Assembly (NCBI GenBank): GCA_963700285.1
Contig: CAVOXA010000001.1
Span: 1,216,001-1,280,000, forward strand
Source of the DNA: an uncultured Chloroflexia bacterium
GTDB taxonomy: Bacteria > Chloroflexota > Anaerolineae > JAAYZQ01
Reading direction: 5' to 3'
Length of the DNA: 64,000 bases
Of the stretch, positions 60,872 to 64,000 are shown piece after piece. The translations under genes were made by a program, and so were the position numbers. The notes under the pieces were generated by a model, which saw only the letters and a program-made list of their open reading frames with translations, was not told the DNA's origin and made no database searches. Position 1 is the stretch's first letter; the number at the start of each line of letters is the position of its first letter.

Positions 60872-61732
60872 TCATTCTACATAAAAGGCGACGCCCAGGG
60901 TTCCGGGTCCTGCATGTGTGCCTATGACTGGCCCGCACTCGCTCTCTATCATCTCCACCGGATGAAAGTGCGCCTCCAACTGTTCCCTAAGGGAGGCTGC
61001 CTCCGCTGCCGCGGCGACGTGAAGTACCGCCATGTGTACTCGGTCCCCTTCGGACAGTTGTTCTTGCACCAGGTTGATCAGTGTGCCCAGGGCTTTGCGC
61101 CGGGTACGCACCCTCGCCAGCGGAGTGACGATACCATCGCGGATCTCCAGGATCGGTTTGAGATTCAGGGCCGAGCCAAAGATTTTGGCCGCAGCGCCGA
61201 TGCGGCCGCCCCGGTGTAGGTATTCGAGGGTATCGACCATAAAGTAGACGTGCGTTTTGCCGACCAGCGCACGGGCTGCGGAAGCGACTTCCTCCAGACC
61301 AGCTCCTTCGGCCGCAGCGCGAGCTGCCGCCAGGACGGTGAAGCCAAGCTGCATGGAGGCAGCCTGGGAATCAACCAGCTCTATTGGAATCTCTGAGAGC
61401 TTTTCCGCGGCGGCCCTGGCCGATCTGAGCGTGCCGCTGAGTGCGTCGGAGACCAGGACGGCAACGACGCCATCTCTGCCTCTGGAGACCTCTGAGAAAA
61501 GCTCTACAAAGCTGGCCACGGTGGGCTGCGAGGTCGTCGGGAAGCTCGATGATCTCTGGAGCAGATCGTAGAACGCGGGCGGATCGATGTCCACACCATC
61601 GCGCCAGGTCTCGGTACCCATGATCAGTATAAGTGGCTCAATATGGACGTCGTACTGTTGGGCGAGATCTGGCGGAATATCAGCAGCGCTGTCGGTGATC
61701 ACGACGATGCGGCGGTGGATTGGCTGGTTCAT
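60872..61732 (-). CDS. DegV family fatty-acid-binding protein
   Basis: ITDSAAD, PTTSQP, LSGT, LHRGGRIG, LNLKPIL, IGTHAGPG. Confidence 0.92.
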   Translation of the reverse strand: MNQPIHRRIVVITDSAADIPPDLAQQYDVHIEPLILIMGTETWRDGVDIDPPAFYDLLQRSSSFPTTSQPTVASFVELFSEVSRGRDGVVAVLVSDALSGTLRSARAAAEKLSEIPIELVDSQAASMQLGFTVLAAARAAAEGAGLEEVASAARALVGKTHVYFMVDTLEYLHRGGRIGAAAKIFGSALNLKPILEIRDGIVTPLARVRTRRKALGTLINLVQEQLSEGDRVHMAVLHVAAAAEAASLREQLEAHFHPVEMIESECGPVIGTHAGPGTLGVAFYVE

Positions 61733-61875
61733 GCTGGTCCTCCTTGCTGCGCGGTATTGCGGCAGCAGTCCTACTTGTCAGGCTTCTGCTGAACGCTTGT
61801 TGCTCGGAGAAGCCGCTCGAGTGCAAACCACAGATCTGTTTATGGAACCCAAAAGCGCCGCCAACAGGTGCTTCG

Positions 61876-62736
61876 CTAAACAGGTTCGCCTGCAACGGCC
61901 ACAATCCCAACGAGGCCTGCGCCCGAGTGAACAGAGAGCCCGGGGGTCAGCTCGGCCATGATTATGTCTTCGGGGCACGGGAGGCACTCGCGGACCTGCT
62001 CCTCGAATAGGCGAGCCTCATCCAGGGCGCTCGCATGAATGATGGCCATCCGCTCGATGGACTGGTCGCTCATTGCCTCAGAGGTCAATTCGATCACCCT
62101 GACCCAAGACTTTTTCTGTGTTCTAACTCGCTCCAGCAGGTCAAGCTTGCCATTTTGAACGGCAAGAATGGGTTTGACGTTGAGCAGTGTGGCCATACCC
62201 GCCGCGAGGTTTCCTATCCGGCCGCTCATAGCCATGTATTTGACGGTCGATAGGGCGGCATAAACGTGCACGCGCCGGCCCACATCGAGGGCTTGGGCAA
62301 CGATATCCTCCACCGGGGTGCCTCTGACCGCGGCCTCGGCGGCAGCCAAGACCATGAACCCCTGGCCCATGCTCAGGGTCTGGGTGTCGACCACGGTGAT
62401 CTCGGCGTCGGGCAGCGTGTCACGGGCGACCATGGCCGCGCCGTACGTGGCGCTGACCTCGCTGCTGACACAGAAACAGACGATTTGGTCCGCACCCCCA
62501 TCGAGAGCAGCCTGGAAAGCCACCGAGAACTGCCCGGGCGAGGGTGCCGAGGTCGTGGGCAACTTGCCCTCGCGGTCCACCCGCTCAAAAAGCTGAGCAT
62601 CGTCGATCTCTAGGCCCGTTGCCAGGGTCTCATCACCGAAATGGACATTGATGGACACCTGCTGGATGCCATAGCTTGCGGCAACATCGGCTGGCAAGCT
62701 CGCATCGGTATCGGTGATAATGGCGACTGGTGACAT
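61876..62736 (-). CDS. DegV family fatty-acid-binding protein
   Basis: IITDTDAS, PTTSAPSPG, SGRIG, LNVKPIL, LSVHSGAG; promoter TTGACC-17 nt-TATACT at 62767-62795. Confidence 0.92.
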   Translation of the reverse strand: MSPVAIITDTDASLPADVAASYGIQQVSINVHFGDETLATGLEIDDAQLFERVDREGKLPTTSAPSPGQFSVAFQAALDGGADQIVCFCVSSEVSATYGAAMVARDTLPDAEITVVDTQTLSMGQGFMVLAAAEAAVRGTPVEDIVAQALDVGRRVHVYAALSTVKYMAMSGRIGNLAAGMATLLNVKPILAVQNGKLDLLERVRTQKKSWVRVIELTSEAMSDQSIERMAIIHASALDEARLFEEQVRECLPCPEDIIMAELTPGLSVHSGAGLVGIVAVAGEPV

Positions 62737-62828
62737 AAAGTACCCCCTGCTGTGTGCGTGCAAGAGAGTATAACATAACCTGACCTCGCGGTCAAGCCAG
62801 GGAGCGCTACATCTTGAGTTGGCTGTGG

Positions 62829-64000
62829 CTAGTATTGGATCTGGAGATGATAGGGTTGCTTGCTGCCCAGCCCGCTGGCATTGTGGATCTGGATGTAGTA
62901 GTGCCCAGCCGGTATCGTGGCCTCGACGAACTCATCCTGGTTGCCCAACGACAACGAATACCATCCTGGATGCGTTGCGAGATTGTCATCCCGGAGCACG
63001 AGATCGTAGTTATGCCCGGCTGGGATATTCTTGAGCCAAAGCTTGACGCTGCCCTGTGTGGACAGATCGAAAAAGTAATAATCCTTTACATCCTGCCCAC
63101 TGGGGAAGGCACCGTAATAGACCAAGCCTGACACGAGGGGACCGTTGGCTTGGAGGGAGGCGTCGTCGTTCGGCTCTTTTTCCCAAAAGACGTCTACCCT
63201 CTCGACCTTCGACCAGGCGCTGTCTCCCCATCGATTCTGAGCCTTGACCCGGTAAAAGAACCGTGTTGCGCCCTGTCCTACCACTTGAAAGACGGTACCT
63301 GGCCCAGCGTATCGCTCCAGTGCAGAGGCAAAGTTAGAGTCCCTGGTTTCCTCCAGAACGTAGGTCTCGGCCCCGACGGCTGCATCCCACCGGATAGCAT
63401 AGGCGCCGTCACCATCCGTATTGTCAATCGCCTGCAGCGCCGGGGCCCCAGGCAAGGGAGGCCAGCGTTGCATGACCGTGGGCAGAAAAGCCCGCCATTT
63501 TCCATCGTCGTCCAGAACAGTCACAGTCACATCGTCCGGCTTGAGGCCGTCGTAGGCAGGGTCGCTGCTGATACTGGGTCCGACCTGAATCAGGCAGATC
63601 TGCTCTCCATCTTCCTCGATGTCGTCGCTGGCTGATACCCTCGCTTCTGTACCGCTGTCCCAGTTCTCTTGATCCAGGATGACTGAAGGAGGTGAGATGG
63701 TGCACTCGTTGTTGGATGCAGCCAACGGGATGGTGACAGTCACGCCAGGTGAGCTCGTGATAGTCAGTGTAAAAACGGCCGTTCCATCCGGTTCGGCCAC
63801 GGTCAAGCTGGTAGGGCTAACACCGATTGCGGTCGTGTCATTGTCCTCAATGGTGGCGGTCAGCAGTACAGGATCCAGACCCGTGTAGTCAGGGTCGGTA
63901 CTGGCAGTGTAATGAGTGACAGTTCCACTGTGCAGCCCTTCAGCTACAGCGTCGTCCTCAGCCCAGACAGATACTTGCTGAGGCACATCCCAGTCGCCGG
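62829..64000 (-). CDS. C-terminal part of a large secreted protein (Calx-beta/Ig-like repeats, FN3-like and PPC-like domains)
   Basis: ORF open at the window edge; DPDYTGL..IEDND and DPAYDGL..VLDDD repeats, FLPTVMQR, YRVKAQNRWGDSAWS, EKEPND...DYYFF...YDLVL. Confidence 0.7.
   Translation of the reverse strand, partial: GDWDVPQQVSVWAEDDAVAEGLHSGTVTHYTASTDPDYTGLDPVLLTATIEDNDTTAIGVSPTSLTVAEPDGTAVFTLTITSSPGVTVTIPLAASNNECTISPPSVILDQENWDSGTEARVSASDDIEEDGEQICLIQVGPSISSDPAYDGLKPDDVTVTVLDDDGKWRAFLPTVMQRWPPLPGAPALQAIDNTDGDGAYAIRWDAAVGAETYVLEETRDSNFASALERYAGPGTVFQVVGQGATRFFYRVKAQNRWGDSAWSKVERVDVFWEKEPNDDASLQANGPLVSGLVYYGAFPSGQDVKDYYFFDLSTQGSVKLWLKNIPAGHNYDLVLRDDNLATHPGWYSLSLGNQDEFVEATIPAGHYYIQIHNASGLGSKQPYHLQIQY

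Noticed and set aside
60872-62736. Tandem DegV genes as a recent duplication
   Set aside because: The two proteins are quite divergent and multiple DegV paralogues are common.

Overview
A GC-rich chromosomal segment that looks like a Chloroflexota (Anaerolineae-like) genome. That assignment is an inference from the sortase, Flp pilin, DegV pair, tungsten-type aldehyde:ferredoxin oxidoreductase and [YF]LPxxxR-tailed secreted proteins. The window holds about 50 protein-coding genes; I found no rRNA, tRNA or CRISPR array. In order: an acyl/keto-acid catabolic cluster (CoA-transferase, BKACE, GH3-like ligase, TPP decarboxylase); a 5'-truncated IS110 inside a nested REP-like repeat; a sortase divergent from a five-repeat surface protein ending in a PPDTG sorting signal; membrane/envelope genes; an acyl-CoA ligase with an inverted, decayed copy whose promoter is still intact; lhgO-citrate synthase-isocitrate dehydrogenase; a SIMPL plus VIT/VWA operon beside an OmpR/PhoB-type two-component system; sod; a long suf operon with four inserted genes that ends in aconitase; then comF-hpf, glycosyltransferases, AOR and DegV genes. 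Many conserved genes (suf, acnA, icd, MFS, VIT) carry several frameshifts, most likely consensus or sequencing errors. Best leads: (1) the sortase/PPDTG pair, whose repeats conserve a Lys-Asp-Asp triad that may form isopeptide bonds; (2) matching 4 x 11-bp operator arrays upstream of both the response regulator and the SIMPL-VIT operon; (3) the IS110 inside a REP element; (4) the promoter-preserving pseudogene in front of the MFS gene.
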